Part shown: piece by piece, positions 1-11,811 of the stretch
Layout of the letters: every line of letters begins with the position of its first letter
Position numbering within the stretch: the stretch's first letter is position 1
Origin: Mobula hypostoma
Taxonomy: Eukaryota
DNA: 64,000 bases
Assembly (NCBI RefSeq): GCF_963921235.1
Contig: NC_086108.1
Coordinates: forward strand, 26,288,001-26,352,000
Direction: 5' to 3'
Made by a program: the position numbers and the translations under genes
The notes under the pieces: generated by a model
Databases searched by the model: none
Told to the model about the DNA's origin: nothing
The model's input: only the letters and a program-made list of their open reading frames with translations

Positions 1-1
1 A

Positions 2-145
2 GCCAGAAGCAACAGCGTAAGCAGAACAATCAGGAAGAGCGGCCGCCAGCCGGCCTCGCTGACTCAGTTAGTGAGCGTGAAAGTCTCCTCAGTACTCCCA
101 GCTCTAGTTGGCTTGACTCAGCCCCCCGATTGTTGCAGCTGCTGA
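2..145 (+). CDS. Probable 3' end of the terminal coding exon of an unidentified host gene (5' part lies outside the window)
   Basis: CpG/GC-rich, non-repetitive start of the window. Frame 2 is open from the edge: ARSNSVSRTIRKSGRQPASLTQLVSVKVSSVLPALVGLTQPPDCCSC*, TGA at 143-145. Frame 1 is also open to TAG at 214-216, so the frame is ambiguous. Downstream sequence looks like a 3' UTR. Confidence 0.45.
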   Translation, partial: ARSNSVSRTIRKSGRQPASLTQLVSVKVSSVLPALVGLTQPPDCCSC

Positions 146-751
146 GGGGAATTTGCATGTGGTGTGGGGGGATCTATTGGACAGACTTTGCAGGGACTGA
201 TGGGGAGCGGTGGTAGAAGGCACATGAAAATGCCCCATTCCCGCTCAGCAGAATTTTTATTGATATTGGTCCTGGTTTATCTTTGTGTTTATTGAGATAT
301 GTGAAAACTTTGTTTGTATGCCATCATGCCATGCAGAAGTACATCAAGAGAATAAAAAGGAAACAGAATACAGAACACAGAATAGGAAAGATGCCTGCAG
401 CCCCACAACAGCGAGCAAATCCATTCCCATCCATCCCACTAGTGACCCAAATGCTCCTTTGCATGTGCGGGGTGCCCATAAATCAAGTGTTCATAATCAG
501 GGAGGACTTGGCATGGTTAGTAAGCCTAAGTGTGTTTTTTTTCCCCTTGTGCACTAACTGCCGTAACATAAACTATTTCTGATTAGCCCTGGCCCTTTCA
601 TTGTTAAAATGCCCATTCATACATTGTTATCCACAAGATATACTCATCCAGAGTTCTTCTGCTCTTAACAAACCTCTGGATATTGAGAACTTCTCCACCC
701 ACATGTTACTTCTCTTCTTGTTGACTTGCATTGGTACCTCAGTCTCCGACA

Positions 752-1045
752 CAGTAGGGCAGCACTGTAGCACAATTAGTGGAGCCATGGTCTTCTAGTT
801 CCATCCTGATTTTGGCACAGTCTACGTGGAGGGCGCATGCATTTCACATCCCCGTTTCACAAGCATTTCCCTCTAGTTGCTTTAGTTTCCAGCCTATGGA
901 TGTGCGCAGGTCTGTAGGTTAAATGGTTACTGTAAATTGAATGGCAGTAATTGTGGGAAGCTTACAGGACAGTTAGTGGAAGAGTTTGTTTGGAAATGGG
1001 ATTACCCTGTGAGCTGCTATAGACTCAATGGGCCTTCTATGTCAT
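752..1045 (+). mobile_element. Degenerate tRNA-derived V-domain (HE1-like) SINE
   Basis: Similar to the SINE copies at 12695-12980 and 17890-18165 (GGCAGCACTGTAGC head; GTAGGTTAAATGGTTACTGTAAATTG segment). Confidence 0.55.
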
Positions 1046-1939
1046 TAGAAATTCTTGAAGTACACTTGGTTTGAAATTCCTGTCTCTATCTCTGTGACTT
1101 ATTCCAGCCTAATACTCCGAGACTTTCTCACTCCAGTGTTATGTGCACCTGTTATCAAATTGTATTCGTCCTTTAAACATCTTTTGTCGTAGCTCAAGGT
1201 CCATGTTGGTGCCTTTTAATGTAAAGGCATTATATAAATGATATAACTTCACTTCTGATTAACCATCAATAAGTTTTGTCAGTGTATTCCTCAAGTGATC
1301 ACTGCTGTCAGGGCAGTGCTGGCTTCACTGTAATCGGCAATAGGGTGACAAGCCATCAACCTGAAACTTCCTCTCTCCACTGATGCTACCTGTCCTACCG
1401 AGCACTTCCTGCAGTTTCTGTTTTAATTTCATTTTGGAAGCATCTTCATTTTTTTGTCTTTGCTTTTTCATTTATTTTAAATTTAGGAAGTTCTAAGAAC
1501 CAGACTGTAATTCTCCAAAAGCTTTAAACTAACCAAGATGCATCTTAGAAAGAACAAAAACATTCAACAAGACTTTTATGATAGACACTCACTGTGTCCT
1601 TGAAATTTGCAGAGTCTTAATCACAGAAATAATAATGTAGCATGCATAATGGCATGCTACAAATACAAAACACACAATAGATTCTTATTTTGATCTCCTG
1701 TTTGGGATGTGGAAGCGTACACCAAGGTCCTGTTCTGATATATCGAATTGTGACTGAATTCCTGGAAGTTACATTAGGAGGCAAATCACAGTCTAATTAC
1801 AAGTAAGTATAGTTTACTTGAGGATATGAAAACCTTTGGCTATTCAAATGATGGTAGGACTTGATGTTTAAATAAAGATTAAGGTGCCCTCTTAATTACC
1901 CTACTGTTTGACAAAAGCAGTGGTTATGTACATAAAGTA

Positions 1940-2172
1940 AGAAGCAGTCTTCTGGAGAATCTCAGTGGATCAAGCAGCAACTGTGGGAAGAAAAGAATTG
2001 TCAATGTTTTCAGTCAAAGCACTGTGTCTGGACTGATGCAGTGATACCATCTTGACACAGGGTTCTAACCTAAAATGTTGACAATTTCTTTATCCCGTAG
2101 ATGCTGCTCAACCCACTGGGATCCTCCTGCAGATTGTTGCACCAATTCCAGCCCCTGCTCTCACTTATGTCT
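1940..2172. mobile_element. Old fold-back PLE pLTR remnant (two inverted pLTR ends)
   Basis: Arms at ~1951-2033 and ~2050-2130 are reverse complements (TTGTCAATGTTTT / AAAATGTTGACAA; GCAGCAACT / AGATGCTGC). Confidence 0.6.
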
Positions 2173-3830
2173 CTCTACTTTGTCCTGTAGATAAACCTTG
2201 GTTTTCCACAGTCATTGTACGTCCTATTTTTGTGGTTGTTTGCAGTTTTAATGTGTACATTCAATAGGAAATAATAAAATATATCATATTAACATTCATC
2301 TGTGATAATGTTTTAGACAAACAAAAATATTCTGAGCAATTTTGCCAATTTTCACATTTTTAAATGAAGAAAACTGCCACAATTTGTTCCCAGCTATCTA
2401 TCGTACCTACATTCTTTTCATTTAAATACAAGAAAAGGTAACCATGAGACACACTCATGCTCACATATGCCATCCATATCATAGCATTTTTAATTAATAT
2501 GATTTACACACAGTGCCACGTTAATATCTTATCTAGTATGTGCAAATTTTTTTTTTCAGCACCATGTATTACAGACACTTCCCTCTGTAACTGAAACCTA
2601 AGCTTACTACCTATATTATAGTAAGCCTAATATGGGATAAATATTGGTTTCACCTCATCAATCAACAAAATATATTTCATTATTAAATAACAGATTTTGT
2701 TAATGTGTGCACTGAATTGAAACAAACTCGGACGATTTTGTATTTTTCATTCCTATTTTCTTATAAACTACTGCCAAATGAACATAATGAATTACAAGAG
2801 GTATCTTTTATTGACTTGTGTATATGTACTTTCTTATATTAATACAGGTAATTATATAAAGATTTTATAATTACCGGTTTTAAAGGTGTACAGACATTGA
2901 TAAATTGTCGGCCACCGCACCCTCCAATTTTTTGCATTCCTGAACATTCATATTGATAAAAATTGAAAACCTCAACTAAAAATAACCTTTACCAATCTAA
3001 CTTATTTTAAAAATAAAAATTGAATTCTACCAAGTGTAGGGAACCCTTTGGCAAACCACTTGTGCTTCATTTAAGATCGTATAGCTTCTTATGGATCCTG
3101 TGCCAGATTCCTGACTTGTTGAGTTAGTTGGCTCTTCCAATTTTGTACAATTTGGCACATTCTTAAATACTCCTTCAGATGGCCAAGCATTCTGAGAATG
3201 TATTACTATGAGACTGTATATCTGTGGATTCAGAGCCCTGCTTTGTACTGCTGTTTGTTCATTTCTAACTTCAATTTCCTACCCTACTGCAGGATTTACA
3301 AGGATGATGGAGCACATTAGTTGCTTTAGAAACAAGATTTGCAAGGACAACAGTTGTAACATCTTGCTAAATTTTAATCTAAAAAAACGCATCTCCCACC
3401 ATTAGAGAAGTGTATGCCCAGACACTTAACACATGCTTCCTAACAATGACAGTGAAAGCTAAGCTAATAAGACTTACCAACATGCAGTTTTATTTCACCA
3501 CATATACTGCATGACCTGCTAAGGGTTTCAGTCATTTTCTGCTTTTATTTCAGATTTATTCATGAGCAGATGTTTGCTTTTCAGTAATAAGAACTACATT
3601 TCTTAACGTTGATTTAATAGGAACTTTAGGGGTAATATTTTTGCACAAACCGTGATAAGAGCTGCCGGAGATCGTCATCCCCGTCAATATGCAAGAGCAT
3701 GTGGCTAGGAGGTGAAAGGTAAATACTGATGTATAAAGAATGAAAGATGAGGCAGAGGTCCAGAGGAGCTACTGCTGATGGTGCGGTACTGATCAGGCTT
3801 TGTTGAATTTGCATGGCAAGTGGATTCTGG

Positions 3831-4176
3831 AAACACAAAATAATCTGCAGATGCTGTGATCAAAGCAACACTTTCAGTACGTTGGTGGAACTCAGCAGGT
3901 CGGGCAGCATCAGTTAGAAACGGTGAGTTGACGTTTCGGGCCGGAACGTCAACTACCCATTGTTTTCAGGCTTATGATGTCAATGCTTCCCTTCCCCCAC
4001 CCCTTCGTCTTTCAAATTACTGGTCTTTCAACTGAAGCTACAAGCATTCTTCAAATCCTTCCCCATCTTTCATTCTTCAGTCCTGATGAAGGATTCCGGC
4101 CCGAAACGTTGACTCATCGTTTCCAACTGATGCTGCCCGACCTGCTGAGTTTATCCCGCGTACTGAAATTGTCCCT
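3831..4176. mobile_element. Fold-back mini-PLE (inverted pLTR pair) with 13-bp TSD
   Basis: Tailed pLTR end on - (3831-3946) and tail-less pLTR on + (to ~4172). Flanks are AAGTGGATTCTGG (3818-3830) and AAATGGATTCTGG (4177-4189). Confidence 0.8.
4079..4114 (+). ncRNA. Minimal type-I hammerhead ribozyme motif in PLE pLTR (best-preserved core)
   Basis: AGTC-CTGATGA-AGGATTCCGGCCC-GAAA-CG-TT-GACT: stem I AGTC/GACT, CUGAUGA and GAAA core, palindromic ACGT helix III, UH cleavage site. Confidence 0.7.
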
Positions 4177-4319
4177 AAATGGATTCTGGGTATTTCTGGT
4201 TATAATTGTTCCACTAAGATCAAAAATTTATATCAATGTCCTGGATGATGGTTATGAAAATCCTGAATATTGGTCTGTTACAGAACTTGCCTGCAAACCT
4301 GTTGGGGTTATTTATTCTA

Positions 4320-5090
4320 CACCTTTTCCGCTCCATTCGTCCATTCCTCCCTCACCGCCATTCAAGTCCCCGAATAATCCTTCCAGGTGAGGCAGTACTT
4401 CACCAACAAATCTGCTGGAGTCTTCTATTGTGTCTAGTGCTCCTGATACAGCTTCTTCTACTTTGGTGAGACCCTTTCGTAAGCTGGTGGACCACTCCAT
4501 GAAGCACCTCCGCTCCATTCGCCAAAACCAGAAATTTCCGATGATCAAACATTTTAATTTCCATTCCCATTCCCGTTCTGACATGTCAATCCATGGCATC
4601 CACTTGTGCCATGATGAAGCCACCCTTGGGGTGGAGGAACAATACCTTATATTTTGTCTGGATAGCCTCCAAACTGATGGCATGAATAATAATTTCTCCC
4701 TTCAGTAAAAAAAAATCCCTCTTCCTCCCCTTTTCTTCTATTCCACATTCTGGCCTTTTATCTCTTCTTACCTGCCTATCACCTCCCCTGGGTCCCTGCC
4801 TCTTTCCCTTTCTCCCATGGTTCACTTTCCTCTCCTTGCAGACTCCTTCCCCTCCAGTCCTTTACCTTTCCTACCAGCTAGCTTCACCTATCACTTTCTA
4901 GCTATCCTCCTTCACCTTCTACCACCTTTTTATTCTGGTACCTTCCCCCTTCCTTTCCAGTGCTGAAGGAAGGTCTCGGCCCAAAATGTCGACCGTTTAT
5001 TCTTTTTCAGGGATGCTGTCTGTCCTGCCTTGTCCCTCCAGCATTTTATGGCTTTAGATTTCCAGCATCTGCAGAATTTCTCATGTTTAT
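4320..5090 (+). mobile_element. 5'-truncated PLE: degraded GIY-YIG end plus 3' pLTR
   Basis: ORF 4430-4708 (KHLRSI...KHFN...HS..DMSIHG...EEQYLIFCL.SLQ.DGMN) matches the endonuclease at 24803-25096. Followed by a pyrimidine-rich pLTR, a degenerate hammerhead (~4959-4994) and the tail. Confidence 0.85.
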
Positions 5091-5899
5091 GATATATAAT
5101 AGTTACAAAATAAATTGTAAACTCATTAAAAAAGAGCAAGTGGTTAAGGCAGGTACAATAACTACTTTCAACAGGCAGTTGGACAGGTTTACGGCCCAAA
5201 TTCTGTCAAGCAGCCCTAACTTGATGGGGCACCTTGGTTGGCATGGAGCTATTGTGCCAAAGCGCCTATTTCTGTTCTGTTGAAATTTATGAGTTTGTGA
5301 CTCTACATTGAGAGACCCAACAGCAGCAGAAGATCAGAGGAAACTCTCTGGTGCACTACCTAATAATTAAAGATCATGCTACGTCAGTTGAGCTAGCTTA
5401 TCTAGTCTTCATAATTCTGCAATAGTGTGAGAATACAGCATGCATAGTCCCAACATTGCGAAGGTGGCAATATCTATTCTAATTGGTTGGAAGACATTCT
5501 GTAATTTCCCAGACTCATAAATGATATTCCATTGCCAAGATGTTATGAGACACTTCCAACAAATGGAGCAGAGGCAGGGAAACCACGACCTTGAGTGAAA
5601 CACATTGACACATAGATAGTGGTTTGGTTGGACAGGACCCGACAATAAAAATTTTAAGGGGATAAAAATGTGTCATCTAGTGTTCTTTTCTCAAGGCTAA
5701 CTGCAGGACAGTTGAGGTTAACTGAGGTCAGGAACTGGCATTCATGTGGATAATGGGAGACCTTGCTGACTGAAATTTGAAAAGGGGTGAAATGGATGTC
5801 AGTGTCATTATAGGAGGAGGGGGCTTTGGGGAGAACTTAGCACTTCTTGAGGGTGTGCCAAGTAGGATATACCATGATTTTGTGGAGGTTCCCACAACC

Positions 5900-6123
5900 A
5901 ATGATTTCAACTTAAGGTCTCTTTATCTTGTTATTTCATGTTCTCATTATTTATTGATATTTATTTATATTTTCAGTTGCACAATTTGTTGTTTTCCATG
6001 TTCTTGCGCTTTTACTGATCCTGTTTACAGTTACTGTTCTATATGCCCATAGGAAAAAGAAACACAGGGTTGTATGTCCTCCGATAATAAATATTAATTT
6101 GACTACTTTGACTTTGACTTTGA
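5900..6123 (+). mobile_element. LINE 3' UTR fragment (probably Rex1/Babar) with (CTTTGA)n tail
   Basis: AATAAA followed by TTGACTACTTTGACTTTGACTTTGA. Confidence 0.55.
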
Positions 6124-6291
6124 GATGCTGGAGGATTAGGGGGAGAAAACACCCTGAGGCACTGGAGAAGAGGCACAGAGACAGGGAGACATGAGCCCCT
6201 TTGGAGGAGTATGTATGAGAGCCAGCACAGAATGGGGATTGAAGTGGTGGAACCAACGGCAGGGCATTAACCCAGCATTTGGATTTGAAAG

Positions 6292-6770
6292 AGGATTAGA
6301 TTAGATTAGATTATGAGGACACGCAGTCCTCTTTCATTGTCATTTAGTAATGCATGCATTAAGAAATGATACAATGTTTTTCCAGACTGATATCACAGAA
6401 ACACATGACAAACCAACTTAAAAACTGACAAAAACCACATAATTATAACATATAGTTACAACGGTGCAAAGCAATACCGTAATTTGATAAGAACAGACCA
6501 TGGGCATGGTAAAAGCCTCAAAGTCTCTGGAAAGTCCCATCATCTCATGCAGACAGTGAACCTCCAGCGCCGCAAACTTGCCGATGCAGCATCCTGGAAG
6601 CATCCGACCACAGTCCGACTCCGAGTCCGTCCGAAAACTCTGAGCCTCCGACCAGCTCTCCGACACCGAGCACCAAGCACCATCTCTGCCGTGTGCTTTG
6701 ACCCCGGCCCCGGTAATAGGCAAAGCCGAGGATTTGTGGCCTTCCCCTCCGGAGATCCTTCGGATGAAGG
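6292..6770 (-). mobile_element. LINE 3' end with (TCTAA)n tail and CpG-rich body
   Basis: (GATTA)4 at 6294-6313, followed by a typical reversed LINE 3' UTR (TTTCATTGTCATT...). Family uncertain. Confidence 0.5.
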
Positions 6771-8734
6771 GAAGTGTAGCACTTTATGAGTGGATGAACC
6801 AATGCAAAGTAGGGAGTGGGACAGGAGAAGAGGCGGGAATGGCCAGGTCCAACAGCACATCACTTGGAGGGTGATTCAGTGTTGGAAAGCTAAATATATA
6901 GGTCAGGAAGTTACTTTGTTGGCACAGGCACTTTGATTCACATTGTCCCATGAGTGCTGATCAAAAGGTGTTCCTGGAATAAAGTGGTCTTAAAACACAA
7001 CATTGACCAATGTCCTTTGAAGTGTTCCGAAATGAACATTGTTAAGGGAATAACATCTTTACAAACTCCCCTGCTTTGGAAATCTTATCAACATGCCAAG
7101 GGCAACTGAAACCCAGAAATGTCTATTTGGATTTCCAGAGTAAATCAAAATAGCACCAAAACAGTCACTCAGAAATAATTTTACAATGCCACAAAAGATT
7201 ACGTAACATTATGCAATTTAATTTCTAAGTACTTCTGTCTTACTCTGATAAACTGGAACTATGCAGAAATAATGAAGTTGAATATAGTGTAATTGCTTGG
7301 AAGTAGATCATATATGTAGTTCAAATCAGAGCTAAGTAACTCAAACATAGCTTGCAAGTACCTTTACTGCAAAAATATGAAGGATGAATTTGAATATGTG
7401 TGTGATCTGGAGCCCATTTCCATAATATCGGGGGATATTCAATTTAGCTTTAATATATTTAATGTTCCAGGTAGGTGCTGTAGAAATCAAAATGAAATAT
7501 GGTTTTAATATAATAATGCCTCAGCAATGCATGTTATGGATTCTTGATTTCCTTCTTGCACTGGGAGGTAAGAACAATCTCACAATATGGGAAAAATCAT
7601 TGAGTTACTGCTTTATTTCTGTTAAGTCAACTGGATATTTTGTAGAAAATACTTGCTCTGATTATATACCAAGGTTCTATAATCGCTCGAGGCTGCTGCC
7701 CATCCTGAATGGATAGTGCAAGATTGCATTATGTAGAGCAGTAGTTAAGTGTCATCAGAGTGTCCTCTATTGGCAGTGGTCTGGTATAGTGCAAAGGACC
7801 ATTAGTTTTGGGTACAATAGGTCACCTTGCTTCATAGAAGGAGAAGATTGTTATTGAAGTCAAAGGAGCAGGTTACCTGATAGCCGATGCAGTAACACCC
7901 ACATTATGTTACCACTGAAAGCAATCTTTTAAGGCACAATTTCTCATTAATGTTAATAACTTGGGAGTTTATTTCAGCTTAATTGGATTAGGTTTTACTT
8001 TACCTGTGATGCCTCCTTGGCTGTAGGATTATTTATGCAATTGGCTTCCTAACATAGCAATGAAATGATCCTTGGTGGATCCAATGTTCAGTTTAAAGTA
8101 GAAAACAAGTCCACTGGTATTCAATGCAAAGCATGCACTGGTTTTTGGAACTTTTCTTTCATATATGAAGCCCCCCCGCCCCAAGAAAAAAATGAGTTGA
8201 AGGATATTGATCACAGGATACAAATACTGGCAATAGGGTTCGTAACTGCCCCTCAACCAGTTATATGTCAGAAGATAGATGCTGCAGATTTCAGAGAATT
8301 GCATTCTGTCATCACTGGATATTAATATTCAATTGGAGTACTTAAAGTAGGAACTGTCATACACATTAATTAAAATATACTCAATAATAACAACAACATT
8401 AGAAAGAGCTCCTTACAATTCTGTCTTGGGAAAAATGTTTTATACATATGCTAATTAATTTCCACCTTTTTGTTAAACACTGCTGAAATAGACATATTTC
8501 TTTCATACTCTTGAATGCAAACATTCTGGTTTTTGTCCATATTTGTCGAGTCGTCTCTCACCACAATGTGATTGGCAAGAGCGCCAGCTGCAATTCAGAT
8601 GGTAGCACACCTGTGGTTGACTCAGAAGAGCATTCGACTGCAAAAGTTCAAATATTAAAAGGTTGAATAACATTCCGATGATTTGCTAAGTGAGAAATGC
8701 ATTGTTCAGTTTTTTAAAATGTATTTTGCTCGTT

Positions 8735-9100
8735 CGTGATGTGACATGTTGGATGACATAGGTGATCGTGGTCTTTCCATGACCATGATTGTTATTGGCT
8801 AATTTTTTACAGAAGTGCTTTGCCATTGCCTTTTTCTGGCAGTGTATTTACAAGATGGGCGACACCAGCCAATATCAATACTCTTCAGAGATTGTCTGCC
8901 TGGCATCTGTGGTCGTATAACGAGGACTAGAGATATGCACCAGCCGCTCATTTGACCATCCACCACCTGGCTTCGCGTGACCCTGATCGGGGTGGGGGTG
9001 GGGGGCTAAGCAGATGCTACACATTTTCCAAGGGTGATCTGCAGACTATTAGAGGGAAGGAGCACCTTACACCTCCTTTAGTAGAGATGTATCTCTAATA
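8735..9100 (-). mobile_element. SINE or short element with RTE/Bov-B-like 3' motif
   Basis: AGAAGTGCTTTGCCATTGCCTTTTTC is the reverse complement of the GAAGAAGGCAATGGCAAACCACT motif recalled from RTE-tailed SINEs. Confidence 0.5.
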
Positions 9101-9429
9101 CCCTACCCAAGATATTACAGTCTCCCCCATAACCCCTTAAATATATTTCACTGTTTCTCAATGTCCATGATCAATGGAGACGTTTTAAAATAATGGGAAA
9201 TCATGCCTGTGAGCTGTCAAAAGGCTCACGAAATGATCCATAGCATCTACTGCCAAAGGGCTTGATCACTGCTGAGTTGTAATGAAAACGGTGCAAATGA
9301 AATACACAGACCTGAAGAAGCCTGGGGAAGGATGGTCAAAGTTAGGACTCCTAATTGACCTCTCATACAATGAATGGATTCTGCCTGTGCTGCAGCCTCT
9401 GCTATCAGGCATTGCATTTTGGCTGAATC

Positions 9430-10300
9430 CCCTCTGTATTAAAAAAGCACATCTGCATCACAACGCCCTCAGAAAGCTAAGAAAATTTGTCATATCCCTA
9501 GTTGACTTTTATCAATTTTTTCAGATGCACGATAGAAAGTATCATATCTGGATGCATCACAGCTTAACATGGCATCTGCTCAGACAAAGACTGCAAGAAA
9601 TTGCAGGGAGTTGTCGGTGTGGCTCAGCATATCACTAAAACCAGCCTCCACTCCATGGTCTCTATACACCTTCTTGTTACCTTGGGAACACAGCCAGCAT
9701 AATCAATGACCTCTCCCACCCTGGTCATTCTCTGTTCTACACCATCCCTCCCCCCTTTCATTAGGCAGGTATATATACAGTTCTGTGTACAAGTCTTAGA
9801 TATATACATATATTTCATGTATTGCACTGTACTGCTGCCGCAAATAAAAAACAATTTTCATGACCTGTGAGTGATTCTGATATGGGTCTCTATTGTGGAC
9901 TGAGAGTGGGAGGGGGGCAATGAAATGGGAATCATGGTTGGGAAAAGACAAAGGGAGAGGGGAGGGAGCAGGAAGCACCAGAGAAACATTCTGTAATGAT
10001 CAAATACGGTACTTGCAAAAGTCTTAGGCACCCTAGCTATATATATGTGCCTGGGTCTTTTGCACGGTACTGTAAAACCTTGAAAGCATGCACCTCCAAG
10101 CTCAAGTACAATTTCTGTTCCACTATTGTAAGACTATTGGACAGATCTCTTGTACGATAAAAGATGAACTCTTGACTTCACAATCTACCTCCGCATGGCC
10201 TTGCTGCTCATTGTCTGCCTGCACAGCACTTTCTCTGTAACTGTAGCTACAGCACTACGTCCTGCACTCTGATGGCACCTTTCCCTTGTGCTGCTACCTC
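9430..10300 (+). mobile_element. Degraded Rex1/Babar LINE 3' portion, interrupted by a composite MITE
   Basis: LRKLRKF..., CTIES.ISGCIT.. remnants; the LINE resumes at 10075 after the insertion. Confidence 0.65.
9778..10072. mobile_element. Composite Tc1/mariner-type non-autonomous element (TIR, LINE tail, GA-rich segment, 66-bp hairpin MITE), TA TSD
   Basis: TA|CAGTTCTGTGTACAAGTCTTAG ... CTGGGTCTTTTGCACGGTACTG|TA. Inner hairpin at 10007-10072, also TA-flanked. Confidence 0.65.
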
Positions 10301-10408
10301 AATCAAATAAAATACTTGATAAACCTATATATATATAAGATTTCTCATATATTACATAAATATTAAATACACAACGCTTCTCCCTTCTGAGCTATAAACT
10401 CCAACTCA

Positions 10409-11640
10409 ATCATCATCATCATCATCATCAGTGGTCACTCGTAGTCGAGTATGATTTTTCTGCTGGTGATTGATCTGGTCACTTCTGGGTCTTGAGATGA
10501 CTGACGAGCTCGATCCACGATGCACAAGTCCGATTACAGCGTTGGCAGGTATAGGTCACGGAAATGTTGGTGCATGTAGCTGGTTGGACCTTTCCCAGTC
10601 TCTCCTTATGTTAAAGCCACTTAGTCTTCTTCAAGCTGTTCAGTCCCCTCATAGGCAGTCCTTCTCCAGCTTTTCCTATCCTGTGCTAACTTCTCCCATC
10701 CATTCTGGTTGATGTGGTGGATCTTGATATTATCCTTGAACCATTGTTTCTGCCTTTCAAGAGGGAACTTTGCAGCCTTGAATTGACCAAACAGGAGTTG
10801 TTTAGGGAGATGGGAGTCGGGCATATGGATGATGTGGCTGACGCATCGCATTCGGTGTTGAGTCACAATTATAGCTATGGAGTTAATGATAGCTTCCTCC
10901 ACGATGCTGGAGTTAGTAAACTTGTTCTTCCAGTTAACTCTCAGAATCTTTCAGAGGCATCTTTGACTCCATTCCATATAGCAAGGAGGGAAGGACTATA
11001 GCTTTATAGATCAGAAGCTTAGTGTTGGTCTTGTTATCCCCATCTTCGAACATGCTCTATCTCAGCCTGGCAAAAGCTCCACTCACACAGCCTATTCTGT
11101 AATTTATTTTAAGGTCAATATTGCCTCTTGAAAAAAAGAAGGCTACCAAGATATGGGAAATAATCAGTATTCTCCAGAGGGATGTTGTCAACTTGGAGGT
11201 TGGAGGCTTAGGGACTTGATCTGAAGCGGGTTGGTGCAGGACTTGGTTTTCATGATGTTTAGATCAGGTCCCAGGAGCTTGTATGCTCTGGCAAAAGCAT
11301 TAGTTATGCACTGCAGATCCTCCTCAGAGTGAGCTACGATGGCATTGTCGTCTGCATATTGGAGCTTCATGATGGAAGTAGGTGACACCTTGCTCGTTGC
11401 CTTGAATCTGTTCTGGTTAAAGATCCCCCCATCTATCCTATAGAGAATCTGGACTCTTCGTGGGAGGTTTTGGCCTGTGAGGTGAAGAATAGTTGCAATG
11501 AAAATGGCAAACCAGAGTTGGTGCAATAATGCACCCCTATTTGACCCCAGTCTCAACCTTAAAAGGTGCTGTTTCAGAGCTGCTGTTGCACTCATATCAC
11601 TGCGTAAGAGCTGCAGGATCAGAGAATGCATCCCAACCAT
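10409..11640 (-). mobile_element. 5'-truncated RTE-clade LINE (pseudogenised RT C-terminal half)
   Basis: YRIDGGIFN..RFKA, LQYADD, R..LPKQLLFG, W..LAQDR..WR, C-terminal YTCQRCNRTCAS.IELVSHLKT zinc finger, (GAT)7 tail at 10409-10430. Confidence 0.9.
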
Positions 11641-11811
11641 ATACAGAGTATATTAAATAACGCAACTACTATATACAGACATACATAGCATGGTAAATTT
11701 AAAATATTCCCATTCAGGCTTAAAGATCACATTTTGAACTCCTACGTCTTCCATTGAATTAGATTTAGGTTTTAAAGTTACAAAAGGTAATAGCTACTAC
11801 TTTTATTCTGT

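Larger units (their letters stand above)
146..3035 (+). other. Candidate long 3' UTR
   Basis: Increasingly AT-rich sequence with Pumilio-type TGTANATA sites (1927, 2186). AATAAA at 351 and 3012-3017, the latter followed by TG/T-rich sequence. No transcript data. Confidence 0.35.

Noticed and set aside
1..63. Minus-strand signal-peptide-like frame (WRPLFLIVLLTLLLLA) with nearby TGACTCA and ATTTGCAT motifs as a promoter
   Set aside because: No ATG and an in-frame TGA just upstream. It is more simply the antisense of a purine-rich + strand exon, though not fully excluded.
3626..3838. Minus-strand 70-aa ORF as a terminal exon, with ATTAAA near 2250
   Set aside because: The apparent splice acceptor is created by the PLE tail and its TSD, and the peptide resembles nothing I recognise.
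4320..5090. 13-bp TSD around this PLE fragment (also 22368, 37690, 39750, 48310, 57299)
   Set aside because: No convincing flanking duplication found, so these copies were not counted in the TSD finding.
8004..8048. Possible 45-nt minus-strand exon (AG...GT flanked)
   Set aside because: Weak polypyrimidine tract, no partner exons and no recognisable peptide.
10300..11755. LTR remnant flanking the RTE insertion (10300-10408 and 11641-11755)
   Set aside because: Composition is suggestive, but TG...CA termini and a TSD could not be identified.
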